Assembly: GCA_028866935.1 (NCBI GenBank)
Contig: JAGWHH010000002.1
Coordinates: 1 to 46,464, forward strand
Length of the DNA stretch: 46,464 nt
Direction: 5' to 3'
Source of the DNA: Candidatus Micrarchaeota archaeon
GTDB lineage: Archaea; Micrarchaeota; Micrarchaeia; Micrarchaeales; CABMGC01
This document shows, piece after piece, positions 18,590 to 27,110 of this stretch. Under the pieces are notes generated by a model. That model did no database searches, had not been told where the DNA came from, and saw only the letters and a program-made list of their open reading frames with translations. The position numbers were made by a program, and so were the translations under genes. Position 1 is the stretch's first letter; each line of letters opens with the position of its first letter.

Positions 18590-18982
18590 ATGGCAAGATT
18601 ATTCACATATAAAGGAAAGAGCGCAGAGGAACTGCAGAAGATGTCCATGGAGGACTACATGAAGATAGCTAAGTCAAGGCAGAGAAGGGCTATAAAGAGG
18701 ATGTCTGCAGACTACAAGGCGCTTATTGCCAAGGTAGAAAAGGCCAGGAAGTCAGGGCAGACCAAGTCAATTCGAACCCATATAAGAGAGGCAGTAATAC
18801 TTCCAAGCTGGATAGGGCTCACATTTTCAGTATACAACGGAAAGGATTTCAAGGACTTGCCTATAACTCCAGAAGTCATAGGGCACAGGCTCGGCGAGTT
18901 TGTGTACACAACGAAGAACGTTCAACACTCAGCTCCTGGTATAAGGGCAACAAGAGGATCAAAGTTCCTAGCGGTGAAATGA
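18590..18982 (+). CDS. rps19: 30S ribosomal protein uS19
   Basis: The ATG at 18590 gives MARLFTYKGK...; the VYNGKDF and GHRLGEF motifs are present. The longer track ORF is an out-of-context extension over uL2. Confidence 0.9.
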   Translation: MARLFTYKGKSAEELQKMSMEDYMKIAKSRQRRAIKRMSADYKALIAKVEKARKSGQTKSIRTHIREAVILPSWIGLTFSVYNGKDFKDLPITPEVIGHRLGEFVYTTKNVQHSAPGIRATRGSKFLAVK

Positions 18983-19635
18983 TGAATTACTCATTCAACA
19001 TAAAAGGAGACAATTTCGTAAAGGCAGGAAGCTATGATGTTAATGCCAGCTACAAGAAGCTCGGCGCAATATGCGACGCAATAAGATACCAGAAGGCCGA
19101 AGCCGCGCTCGTGATACTTGACAAAGTAATATCCATGGAGATGCCTGTGGCATTCAGGCGCCACAACAAGCACATGGGAGCAAGGCACGAACTGGGTGGA
19201 ATAAAGGGCGCCTACCCAGTAAAGGCAGCCAAGGAAGTAAAGAAGACGCTTGTAAATGCCATAGCAAATGCAAATAACAAGGGCCTTTCAGGAAATGACA
19301 TGTTCATTGTAGGGGTATCGGCAAACAAGACACACATCGAGAGAAGGTATCCGTCAAAGGGAAGCATCGCATGGGGAAGGGGGATGTACGGACGTTCAGC
19401 AATCAACCACAGCGACATTGAGTTTGCACGCATTGAAATAGTACTTTCTGATCAAGACACAAAGCAGCTTACACACAACATGAAATACTTCATAAAGCGC
19501 AACAGCAAGAATGCAAAGAAATTGCAGCCAAAGAAGACAGAGGCAAAGAAGCCAACGTCAAAGCCCGAGGCAAAGAAGCTCGAACCACAGAAGACTGCGC
19601 CAGCAGTAGTTGCACCGGCGCAGGCAAAGGCGTGA
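18979..19635 (+). CDS. rpl22: 50S ribosomal protein uL22 with a Lys/Ala/Pro-rich C-terminal extension
   Basis: The L22 core runs to about residue 157, followed by about 60 aa of KKLQPKKTEAKKPTSKPEAKK...APAQAKA. Confidence 0.85.
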   Translation: MMNYSFNIKGDNFVKAGSYDVNASYKKLGAICDAIRYQKAEAALVILDKVISMEMPVAFRRHNKHMGARHELGGIKGAYPVKAAKEVKKTLVNAIANANNKGLSGNDMFIVGVSANKTHIERRYPSKGSIAWGRGMYGRSAINHSDIEFARIEIVLSDQDTKQLTHNMKYFIKRNSKNAKKLQPKKTEAKKPTSKPEAKKLEPQKTAPAVVAPAQAKA

Positions 19636-19639
19636 TATC

Positions 19640-20287
19640 ATGGTAGTAGAACGAAAATTCATTGAAGATCTCATAATAAAGAATAACATCTCAAAGTACC
19701 TTCAGAAGAAGCTGACTAGGGCAGGCTTCTCAAGAGTGGACATTCAAAAGACGCCTATAATCACGAGAATTACAACCTATGTTACAAACCCCGGAAAGGT
19801 AATCGGAAGGGGCGGAGAGACAATCGATGCGCTTACAGAAGGAATGAAGAGGAAGTTCAACATAGACAATCCACAGATAAGCGTTGCAGAGGTAAAGAAC
19901 CAGAAGCTCGAGCCTAGGCTTGTTGCAAAGTACATTGCAAACTCACTCGAAAGGGGGGTAAACGCAAGGCGCCTTCTCCACTCAACGATAAAGGAGATAA
20001 TGGACAATGGCGCTCTAGGCGCAGAGATAATAGCAACAGGAAAGCTTGCTGCAAAGGGAGCAAAGGCCAAGCAGATAAAGGTGAGGCTTGGATACCTTCC
20101 AAAGGCCGGGCATGTGGTAAAGCTTATTGATTCTGCAAAAGTTGCATCATATCCAAAGTACGGCGCAATAGGTATAAAGGTCAGCATAGTGCAGCCTGGA
20201 ACCAAGTTCCCACAAAGGGAGCTAAAGAAGATCGCGCTTCCCAAGTCCATAGAGGCAATAGAAGTGCGAGCGCCGCCGCAGAACTAG
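19640..20287 (+). CDS. rps3: 30S ribosomal protein uS3
   Basis: The ATG at 19640 gives MVVERKFIEDL.... KH-domain GRGGETI motif, in the conserved position. Confidence 0.9.
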   Translation: MVVERKFIEDLIIKNNISKYLQKKLTRAGFSRVDIQKTPIITRITTYVTNPGKVIGRGGETIDALTEGMKRKFNIDNPQISVAEVKNQKLEPRLVAKYIANSLERGVNARRLLHSTIKEIMDNGALGAEIIATGKLAAKGAKAKQIKVRLGYLPKAGHVVKLIDSAKVASYPKYGAIGIKVSIVQPGTKFPQRELKKIALPKSIEAIEVRAPPQN

Positions 20288-20374
20288 CACTCCAGATAGA
20301 CAGTAATAACATGCAGTATAAAATTCTTATTGATAGCGATGCGATTTGTAAGATTTAGTATAATAAAAAGCGAA

Positions 20375-20773
20375 ATGGGCAGACTATACCGCATTCCAAT
20401 AGAAGAAATAAGGATTAATAACACCCAATTAAATCTACTCGGCATATTGGATGACCTGGAACGTAACCACATATACACATTTTTTCTATATCCAACCCTA
20501 GACAAATTGAGTCGCAGGACCAATCCATCCCGCAGAAGCTATCTCAATGACGTATCAGAGCTTAAGAAATTGGGCTTAATTGAAAAATCCCCATTAATGT
20601 CAACAGGCCAATTTGGCGGGAAATACATCTCTCTTACTGCTAAAGGAAGGGAATTTGTTGAGTATAGAAAAAGCCTGAATAAAGCCATGAGGGACCAAAC
20701 CTGCCACCTGCCTCTAAGCCATCCCAGCAGACTGAAACTGCAAAACCTTAGAAGAAGGGGAAGCCATGATTAG
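20375..20773 (+). CDS. hypothetical winged-helix DNA-binding protein inserted in the ribosomal protein cluster
   Basis: The ATG at 20375 is preceded by tttagtataataaaaag. wHTH-like segment LDKLSRRTNPSRRSYLNDVSELKKLGLIEKS...GKYISLTAKGREFV. Confidence 0.5.
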   Translation: MGRLYRIPIEEIRINNTQLNLLGILDDLERNHIYTFFLYPTLDKLSRRTNPSRRSYLNDVSELKKLGLIEKSPLMSTGQFGGKYISLTAKGREFVEYRKSLNKAMRDQTCHLPLSHPSRLKLQNLRRRGSHD

Positions 20774-20863
20774 GCAGCAATTTAAAAATACTAACCAAAC
20801 CAGAATGTATTTATATCAGTCCAGCAAAATATACTTATAATTAAACGCCGTATATTGATAATC

Positions 20864-21061
20864 ATGAAAATAAAAGATCTAAGGTCATTGTCGAATGATG
20901 CATTGGTAGCCAAGCTCAAGGAAGTAAGGCTGGACTTGGGCATAGAGAAGAGAAACATAAACGCTACAGGAGTGGCAAGCAAGAAGGTAAAGGTAGGGGA
21001 AATGAAGAGGACTGTTGCACAGATACTTACACTGCTTAACGAGAGGGGTGCAGGGGTCTAA
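20864..21061 (+). CDS. rpl29: 50S ribosomal protein uL29
   Basis: MKIKDLRSLSNDALVAKLKEVRLDL... is typical of L29. ATG 20864 is preferred over TTG 20855. Confidence 0.85.
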   Translation: MKIKDLRSLSNDALVAKLKEVRLDLGIEKRNINATGVASKKVKVGEMKRTVAQILTLLNERGAGV

Positions 21062-21366
21062 TGCCTGAAATCTGTCCAAAGTGCGGCCTTCCAAAGGAAA
21101 TATGCGTATGCGATATTCTTGATAGGGAAACCAACCGCAAGATAAAGGTCTACTTAGAGAAGAAGAAGTTCAGAAAGTACATGACTGTGGTCTCTGGGCT
21201 TACAGGAGAGGAGCTTGAGAAGACTGCAAAGGAGCTAAAGAGGCTCCTGGCATGCGGCGGAACCTACAAGAACGGAGCAATAGAGCTTCAGGGAGAGCAT
21301 AAGGACCAGGTAAAGAAGGCCCTGCTGGGTCTTGGATATCCTGAAGAGAGCATAGATGTTTCATAA
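21061..21366 (+). CDS. translation initiation factor aSUI1 (eIF1 homolog)
   Basis: N-terminal CPKCGLPKEICVC zinc knuckle plus a SUI1 domain (GGTYKNGAIELQGEH). ATG overlaps the uL29 stop. Confidence 0.85.
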   Translation: MPEICPKCGLPKEICVCDILDRETNRKIKVYLEKKKFRKYMTVVSGLTGEELEKTAKELKRLLACGGTYKNGAIELQGEHKDQVKKALLGLGYPEESIDVS

Positions 21367-21425
21367 AGCAGCAAGCAGCTTTGCTATGCTGTGCGGTAAA
21401 GGCCTTTTTGTGCAAAAGTCGTTTC

Positions 21426-21908
21426 TTACGGCCTCTTTAATCCCAATATAAGTGAAGCTGGGCATGTCCTGCTTCCTGCAAATAAGTAATATCTTTTTCC
21501 CAAAATTTTAGCCCCTGCGTCAGCAATTACGTCCATAGAGATCGGGCCAGATCCAGGCCATACCTGAATAGTCCTTTCCAGGTCCATGTCAATATGGCCT
21601 GTTAGCCTTCCCCCACTGTCCCAATTATGATCGCCTTCCTCAGCCTCACTAATATTTCTGCCAGCAAGCCATGCCCATTTGCCTTTCATGAACTCCTTAA
21701 TGTCGCTATTCCTGTCAATTGCCTGTAAAAGCACATTAAAAGTTATTGGCCTAAGTGCGTTGTCCAGGAGCACAGCCCTTGTCGTACCAAGGCCTGCAGG
21801 ACCTTCGGACACGTAAAGGGTTCCACTGCTATTTAGTGAGAAGCCTTCAAACTGCCTTTTTAGGGCGCTCTTCGTAGCTATTGTCATATAAATTAACTTG
21901 GAATTCAT
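21426..21908 (-). CDS. hypothetical protein, member C of the paralogous family
   Basis: KGKWAWLAGRN and ERTIQVWPGSGPISMDV...GKRYYLFAGSRTCPASLILGLK align with member B (ERNVRVWSGSNPVRVFV...SRRYYLYANLRPGLVAPVVLGIK). Confidence 0.6.
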   Translation of the reverse strand: MNSKLIYMTIATKSALKRQFEGFSLNSSGTLYVSEGPAGLGTTRAVLLDNALRPITFNVLLQAIDRNSDIKEFMKGKWAWLAGRNISEAEEGDHNWDSGGRLTGHIDMDLERTIQVWPGSGPISMDVIADAGAKILGKRYYLFAGSRTCPASLILGLKRP

Positions 21909-22015
21909 GATATATATTACTTTTTTGCAAACTTCTGCAAGTAGCTTTCAAACTTAAGCTAGGGCTTTATATACACAAAATTATTAACCTTATTTAGCCA
22001 TACCGTAGTGATGCT

Positions 22016-22852
22016 ATGATAGCCAAACGACTTGCCATGCTTATAGCCATTGTCTCAGTACTTCTTCCCCTATCAAACGCCATGTACCTCTCAGTAATAG
22101 GCCCAACCACAGCAACACTTAACAATGGCGCAACAATCTATCTAGGCAAGGTGGGCCCGGGAGAGAGCTTCTACGTTCTTGCACAGTCATCAACCACAAA
22201 TGCAACCGGATATGTGGTCAACATAGGCTGGGACCAGCTAAACGCAACAAACCTGCCTCAAGGCTGGACAACGCAGGCATCTCCCCTATATGAAAATCCC
22301 ATGAAGATCAAGGTTACAGTGCCGCCTAATGCGAATTACGGGCTGTATAACATAACCCTTCACGCAGTAAACGTCCAGAACTATTCAAGGCTGGGCAGCA
22401 TAACCGTCACTGCACAAGTGGACGTATCACCAAACGTATTCTCTCTTAGTGTGCAGCCAAAAAGCATCAGCTCAGGGCCCGGACAGCCTACAAACCTTTA
22501 CGTCACAATAAACAACACTGGCATATCTGACGACCCATTTAACATCAGCGCAGTCGGGCTTCCTGCATGGAACGTTGCAGATGACGTTGTAGCGCTTCAC
22601 TCTACAAAATCAACTTACGTATATCCTGTTTATGTAAACGAGCCAGGAACATATTCCTTTAACCTTACCGTAGGGTCTACAACAAACCCGGCACTGCACC
22701 TCTCCCAACACATAAACATGACTGCAAGCGAAAGCCTTCTTAACGATTACAGATCAGTGGGCCAGGGAGTAGTCCTCTCACCAGTAATTTTCGACCCATC
22801 CTATGAACTTATGCTCTTCTTGTCATACATTTACAAACTTGTAATACACTGA
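22016..22852 (+). CDS. secreted or membrane-associated glycoprotein (signal peptide, Ig-like repeats, hydrophobic C-terminus)
   Basis: N-terminal signal-like MIAKRLAMLIAIVSVLLPLSNA, many N-x-S/T sequons, and the C-terminal hydrophobic segment LMLFLSYIYKLVI. Confidence 0.6.
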   Translation: MIAKRLAMLIAIVSVLLPLSNAMYLSVIGPTTATLNNGATIYLGKVGPGESFYVLAQSSTTNATGYVVNIGWDQLNATNLPQGWTTQASPLYENPMKIKVTVPPNANYGLYNITLHAVNVQNYSRLGSITVTAQVDVSPNVFSLSVQPKSISSGPGQPTNLYVTINNTGISDDPFNISAVGLPAWNVADDVVALHSTKSTYVYPVYVNEPGTYSFNLTVGSTTNPALHLSQHINMTASESLLNDYRSVGQGVVLSPVIFDPSYELMLFLSYIYKLVIH

Positions 22853-22867
22853 AAAGGCGCTTAAAAA

Positions 22868-23548
22868 ATGCCAAAGCCACAAAAGTCAAACAGCATACTT
22901 TATGTAAAGCTAGCAACGCTTGACGACCTTTGCAGATACGCTTCTAACTTTGACTATACTGCTTCAAATATAATATCGGTAAAAAGCAACAACAGCCACA
23001 GCCTTATGGTATTGGGCGAGCATCTGGATGGCGCGGTAATTGCATATTACATCAATACGCCAAGCACCGAGAGGATGATATGCTATACGTATCCCTCCTC
23101 AATAAGCCAGTCAGAGAACTCGCACTTTGTTACTGAAATAGGCTCTCCTCCAAACCATTTCATGAATATACTAGAAATAGACGGCAATAACCTGAAGAAA
23201 AGCACAAAGGTCCCAAAAGTCCCCATAGTCAAGGTAGGCTCAGTGGAGGAGCTGATAATCGCGGTCATAAGGAAGGGCATAGCAAACGATTACTTTGCAC
23301 AACTGTACGCGTTCAATAACGGCAAGCACACAATTTTCTGCATGTTTGATATACTTGAAGAACTCTCAGAAGGCCCAACAACACTTTACTATTCGGTGTC
23401 CGACAAAAATCCAAATTCAGGCTTCGCAAGATATAAATATACCGAGAACAAAGTTGATTTTACAGGCTACATGGGCGAGCATTCATATATGTATGCAAAG
23501 ATAATAAATCTCGCCGAGCCGTTCCCATTTTTCAAAATGCCCGATTAG
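22868..23548 (+). CDS. hypothetical protein
   Basis: 226-aa ORF 15 nt after the previous gene. No motif recognised. The last 10 nt overlap tRNA-Asn. Confidence 0.5.
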   Translation: MPKPQKSNSILYVKLATLDDLCRYASNFDYTASNIISVKSNNSHSLMVLGEHLDGAVIAYYINTPSTERMICYTYPSSISQSENSHFVTEIGSPPNHFMNILEIDGNNLKKSTKVPKVPIVKVGSVEELIIAVIRKGIANDYFAQLYAFNNGKHTIFCMFDILEELSEGPTTLYYSVSDKNPNSGFARYKYTENKVDFTGYMGEHSYMYAKIINLAEPFPFFKMPD

Positions 23549-23610
23549 CTCAGTGGTAGAGCGCCTGGCTGTTAACCAGGATGTCGCAGGTTCGATCCCC
23601 GCATCGGGCG
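23539..23610 (+). tRNA. tRNA-Asn (anticodon GTT)
   Basis: Cloverleaf read by eye: acceptor gcccgat/atcgggc, D arm gctc-agtggta-gagc, anticodon arm cctgg-ctGTTaa-ccagg, T arm gcagg-ttcgatc-cccgc (one A-C mismatch). No encoded CCA. Confidence 0.8.
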
Positions 23611-23655
23611 ATGCGCTTCAGGTTATACTCCCGTGCCACAAACTGCATGGCCCAC

Positions 23656-26600
23656 CTACGTGCACTCGAAGCCTCCAAATTTATTGCACGAAATTGATGT
23701 AGGGCAGCTTGGAGGGCACGAATCGCCGTCAATTACGATCTGATAACATAAATTACACGAGTAATAGCCCGATTGCACGGTAGTTGTTGAAAACGATGTC
23801 GTGCTTGTGGAAGAAGTAGATGTCGTCGAAGTAGTGGTGGTCGTAGATGACGATGACATTGTAGTTGTGTTTACAGCACCGTATATTTCTATATTTACAA
23901 ATGTCACCTTCCCAGCGCTGACATTCAGGTAGTTCGTGCTGTTGGTTATGTTATCGTACGTCGCATCGACCTCGTATGAGCCCGGTGTTATAACGAACCC
24001 AGTGTTGTATTCTCCCTTAATTCCTGTATACCATCCGTTATAGCTTTGCACACCTGGCGAGAATGCCATCACCTGCGCAGCCGCCGCCGGAGCGCCATTG
24101 AAGAACACTGTTACGTTCAACGCTCCGTAACCCGAACCCCCGGTTATTGTGGTAGTCGGGGTCGTGGATGTTACCGTCGTAGTTGTGCTGGCGCTGCTGT
24201 TTTTGGATACGTACATCAACAGCGGCACAGACGCATTGTAAACTCCGTTGGGCGTTGCCATTGTGGCAGTGATGCGCGCTACGTACAGACTACTCCTTAT
24301 GCCATTGCCAAGCGATATGTGGAGGGCCGCGGAACCATAGAGCGACTTCGAGTTCACGTTTGCAGGATTAGGCATGAAGGCATATGTGGAATTGGCTGGC
24401 CTGTCATTCACGTATGCCAATGACATATTTGCAGCGTACGGCGCTAGAGGAATGCACGGTAGCGTCCTGTTTGAAATGAGATACGTTCTGCACAGCCTTA
24501 CGGTTATGTTGTCAGCGAAAGACTCTCCCGGAGAAGCGTATTCTGTTGTATTTGAAAGGCTTATGTTCAACTCTGTCCTCAAATAATTGCCGGAATAGGC
24601 AACCACTGGCATAAGGTAGGATTCCGACAGTATGGGCCATCCCACGCCGATCGTAAAGTTTATTCCGTGTATACCGGGAGTTTTGCCAACCTCCCACAAA
24701 AAGTCTGCAATTCCATTTGATGAGAGGTTTGAATAGCCGTTTACTATGCGCCCAGAAGAGTATCCCTCCATTATGCCAGAAGTGGTGTGCGCATACAGAT
24801 ACCTTGAGGAATTTCCTGCAGATGCCCCAGTGCTGGCATAGCGCACGGATACATTAATTGGTATGGTGCCGTTGACAGGCGCAAGTGCATACGGATATGA
24901 TGACGGCCATGTTATATTGAATATATAGGGATCCGTATCGACTAGGAACAACGATGTTGCGCCGTTGACGCATAGTGGATTCGGATCTGCGAAAAGATTG
25001 TAACCTGGTTTAGAAACGGCAACATTGTAGCACCCACCTGCAAGCTTTCCAGTAACTGCCGTTGCTGTTGCGTTTGTGGCCCCCGAAAACACCGCCTTCC
25101 CTCCAGGTATCGATATGGACACAGAGACATTTGGTATCCGGTAATAAACTCCGTACTTCGTGCAGTTCGCAGGGTTGTTAGAACATGACCCAAACTGGAA
25201 CATAGGAATATAATCGCTGTATATTGTAACATTGCCAGGACCACTGGCCGCAGTGGTATTTGTTGTGTATATAGCCCTAGCCTGCGTGGGTCCTATAAGC
25301 TGGAATGTTATATCTGATATGCTGTATCTTTTGTAGTATTGGTTGCCTGCCAGCTCGGAGTAGATACTCCAGTAGCTGAAGTAGTAGGTCTTCGCAGAGG
25401 TTTTCACAATTTTGGGCGTGGAGAGCGACACAGGTTCCAGCACTGGCGAATAGTTAAGCTGCGACTTTGGCGAATATCCTCGCGGAGACGCCACCGATGA
25501 GTTCCCCGGTATCGTGGATGACACGTTAAGGAGCGCATATATGGTGTAGTTGAATCTCATTCCGCATATTTCGCTGCCGCACGAATACGTAGAAGAGGAG
25601 TTTGTTGCGTTGTATACGGTAAAATTGCCGACAGGGGTTTCGCCTATGGGTGCAGAGAACATATCAACGCCTGCGTTGATCAGCAGCGCAGTCTCAGACT
25701 CGTTCATAACCCCAGATAGGCTTGATTGGAACCCTCCGGTCGACTCTCCGAACGAATCCGGTCCATAAACCCACCAGGTGATCGGGAGGCTGCCTGATAC
25801 TGGGCCAAATGCGCCATCCATCGACGGAGGGACAGGACTTCCAGTAAAAGTGACTCCGAAGTAGACGCTTGGTATCTCGCTGTAGGGAAGCTGCGGGTTC
25901 AGTCCCGAAGCCGCCCATCCTTCGGCATCTATGCAGTCATCTATGCCAAAGAAATTGCAGCCTCCAGTATCATAGCTCCACTGCGGGCGCAAAGGGGGCG
26001 CACTTCCTACCTGCAGCATTGGCATTGCAGCATAATCGCCTACGCACATCGATGAACCGCCTCCAGGAGGGGGCGGTGGCGGCATGCATATTGGAGCAAA
26101 CAGCGGTAATCCAACACCCGAACTGTTGCCTTCCAATCCAGGAACTATCGACGTTATCACAGGAGCATAATATATCAGGTATGCAAAGTTATCGTAATAG
26201 CTGTACGGGTATGGAAGTGCGCTGTCATGTGGACTGAGTTCATAAGTGCCGTCAAGAACCGCGTCCATTATCGGGTCGCCAGATGTCTTGCCGCTCTCAT
26301 TCACGAACCTGGCGCTAAACTGCCTTGGGGCGTAGACAGGGCGTTTAACAAAAAAACTCGACAGAGCCGAAGAAAGCGAGCTTGCGTTGTATCCTATCAA
26401 CAGAAACACGGTCTGACCGGGCTCCCATACATTATACTTGCTTATCATTGCGCCTTTTGTGTAATTGAGAGCGTTGTCAAGCTCTGTGATATTGATGGCC
26501 TTCAGTGCAAGTTGCGCGTATGCATCATTACTGCTGTTTACTACAATTACTATGAAAGTGGAATTCTGGACGTTTGTGAAATTAGCCTCGTCAGCATACC

Positions 26601-26832
26601 TGAAATCATATTTCTCCCTTGCCAGTGACGCAAACTGGCCGTTGGCTGTCAAAACACTATGCGGTGCGATCAAAGCGAACGAGGCATTGCCCAGATGTGC
26701 AAAAGGATCCAACGCGCTGAGATTTTCTGCCTGCGTGCCAGGCGATCTCGTTGTTAGCAGGAGTACAGCAATTATAGATATTACTACCGCAATAATTAGG
26801 ATAATGGCATAGTCTAGACTCTTCTTGGCTAT
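23656..26832 (-). CDS. large surface (S-layer-like or adhesin-like) glycoprotein, more than 1018 aa
   Basis: Very many N-x-S/T sequons, a PPPPPGGG segment, a CarboxypepD_reg-like segment, a poly-Ser/Thr linker and a Cys-rich C-terminus. The track start (TTG 26712) omits an in-frame upstream hydrophobic anchor (KKSLDYAIILIIAVVISIIAVLLL), so the true start is unresolved (see finding). The end given is the in-frame ATA at 26832-26830. Confidence 0.7.
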   Translation of the reverse strand: MAKKSLDYAIILIIAVVISIIAVLLLTTRSPGTQAENLSALDPFAHLGNASFALIAPHSVLTANGQFASLAREKYDFRYADEANFTNVQNSTFIVIVVNSSNDAYAQLALKAINITELDNALNYTKGAMISKYNVWEPGQTVFLLIGYNASSLSSALSSFFVKRPVYAPRQFSARFVNESGKTSGDPIMDAVLDGTYELSPHDSALPYPYSYYDNFAYLIYYAPVITSIVPGLEGNSSGVGLPLFAPICMPPPPPPGGGSSMCVGDYAAMPMLQVGSAPPLRPQWSYDTGGCNFFGIDDCIDAEGWAASGLNPQLPYSEIPSVYFGVTFTGSPVPPSMDGAFGPVSGSLPITWWVYGPDSFGESTGGFQSSLSGVMNESETALLINAGVDMFSAPIGETPVGNFTVYNATNSSSTYSCGSEICGMRFNYTIYALLNVSSTIPGNSSVASPRGYSPKSQLNYSPVLEPVSLSTPKIVKTSAKTYYFSYWSIYSELAGNQYYKRYSISDITFQLIGPTQARAIYTTNTTAASGPGNVTIYSDYIPMFQFGSCSNNPANCTKYGVYYRIPNVSVSISIPGGKAVFSGATNATATAVTGKLAGGCYNVAVSKPGYNLFADPNPLCVNGATSLFLVDTDPYIFNITWPSSYPYALAPVNGTIPINVSVRYASTGASAGNSSRYLYAHTTSGIMEGYSSGRIVNGYSNLSSNGIADFLWEVGKTPGIHGINFTIGVGWPILSESYLMPVVAYSGNYLRTELNISLSNTTEYASPGESFADNITVRLCRTYLISNRTLPCIPLAPYAANMSLAYVNDRPANSTYAFMPNPANVNSKSLYGSAALHISLGNGIRSSLYVARITATMATPNGVYNASVPLLMYVSKNSSASTTTTVTSTTPTTTITGGSGYGALNVTVFFNGAPAAAAQVMAFSPGVQSYNGWYTGIKGEYNTGFVITPGSYEVDATYDNITNSTNYLNVSAGKVTFVNIEIYGAVNTTTMSSSSTTTTTSTTSTSSTSTTSFSTTTVQSGYYSCNLCYQIVIDGDSCPPSCPTSISCNKFGGFECT

Positions 26833-26938
26833 TGTTACACCACATACTAAAATACAACTGAATTATTTAAATTATTATATGTTATTTATGTCAATACGAT
26901 AAGGTGGCAAAAACCAGTCTAAAAACCCTTCTTGTCTG

Positions 26939-26976
26939 AGATGTGCCTGACGCGCATCTTATGTATCTGGAGATAC
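26939..26976 (+). repeat. two-hairpin motif, copy 1 (agatgtgc-ctgac-gcgcatct, then gtatct-gg-agatac)
   Basis: Read directly from the sequence. About 135-170 nt upstream of the MFS transporter ATG. Same architecture and spacing as copy 2. Confidence 0.6.
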
Positions 26977-27110
26977 GCTTCAGGTTCTACTACCGTGACA
27001 AGCTGTCATATCCCTCTATGGCACAGTGTCACTACAAGGATAAACGATACGGAATATCTGCAAACATGCGGTAACTAAAGATTATTAATATTTTAAGCAT
27101 TTATACAACC

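Noticed and set aside
23550-23732. 60-aa minus-strand ORF overlapping tRNA-Asn and the 3' end of the large glycoprotein gene
   Set aside because: It is antisense to a well-folded tRNA and out of frame with the long ORF, so it is spurious.
26931-26990. Possible TPP (THI-box) riboswitch upstream of the MFS transporter, suggested by a CTGAGA followed by a hairpin
   Set aside because: The CUGAGA is not conserved in copy 2 (cgaaga). The characteristic ACCCUUUGAACCUGAUCUGGAUAAUGCCAGCG-type P4/P5 segment is absent, and the second hairpin has a GG loop instead.
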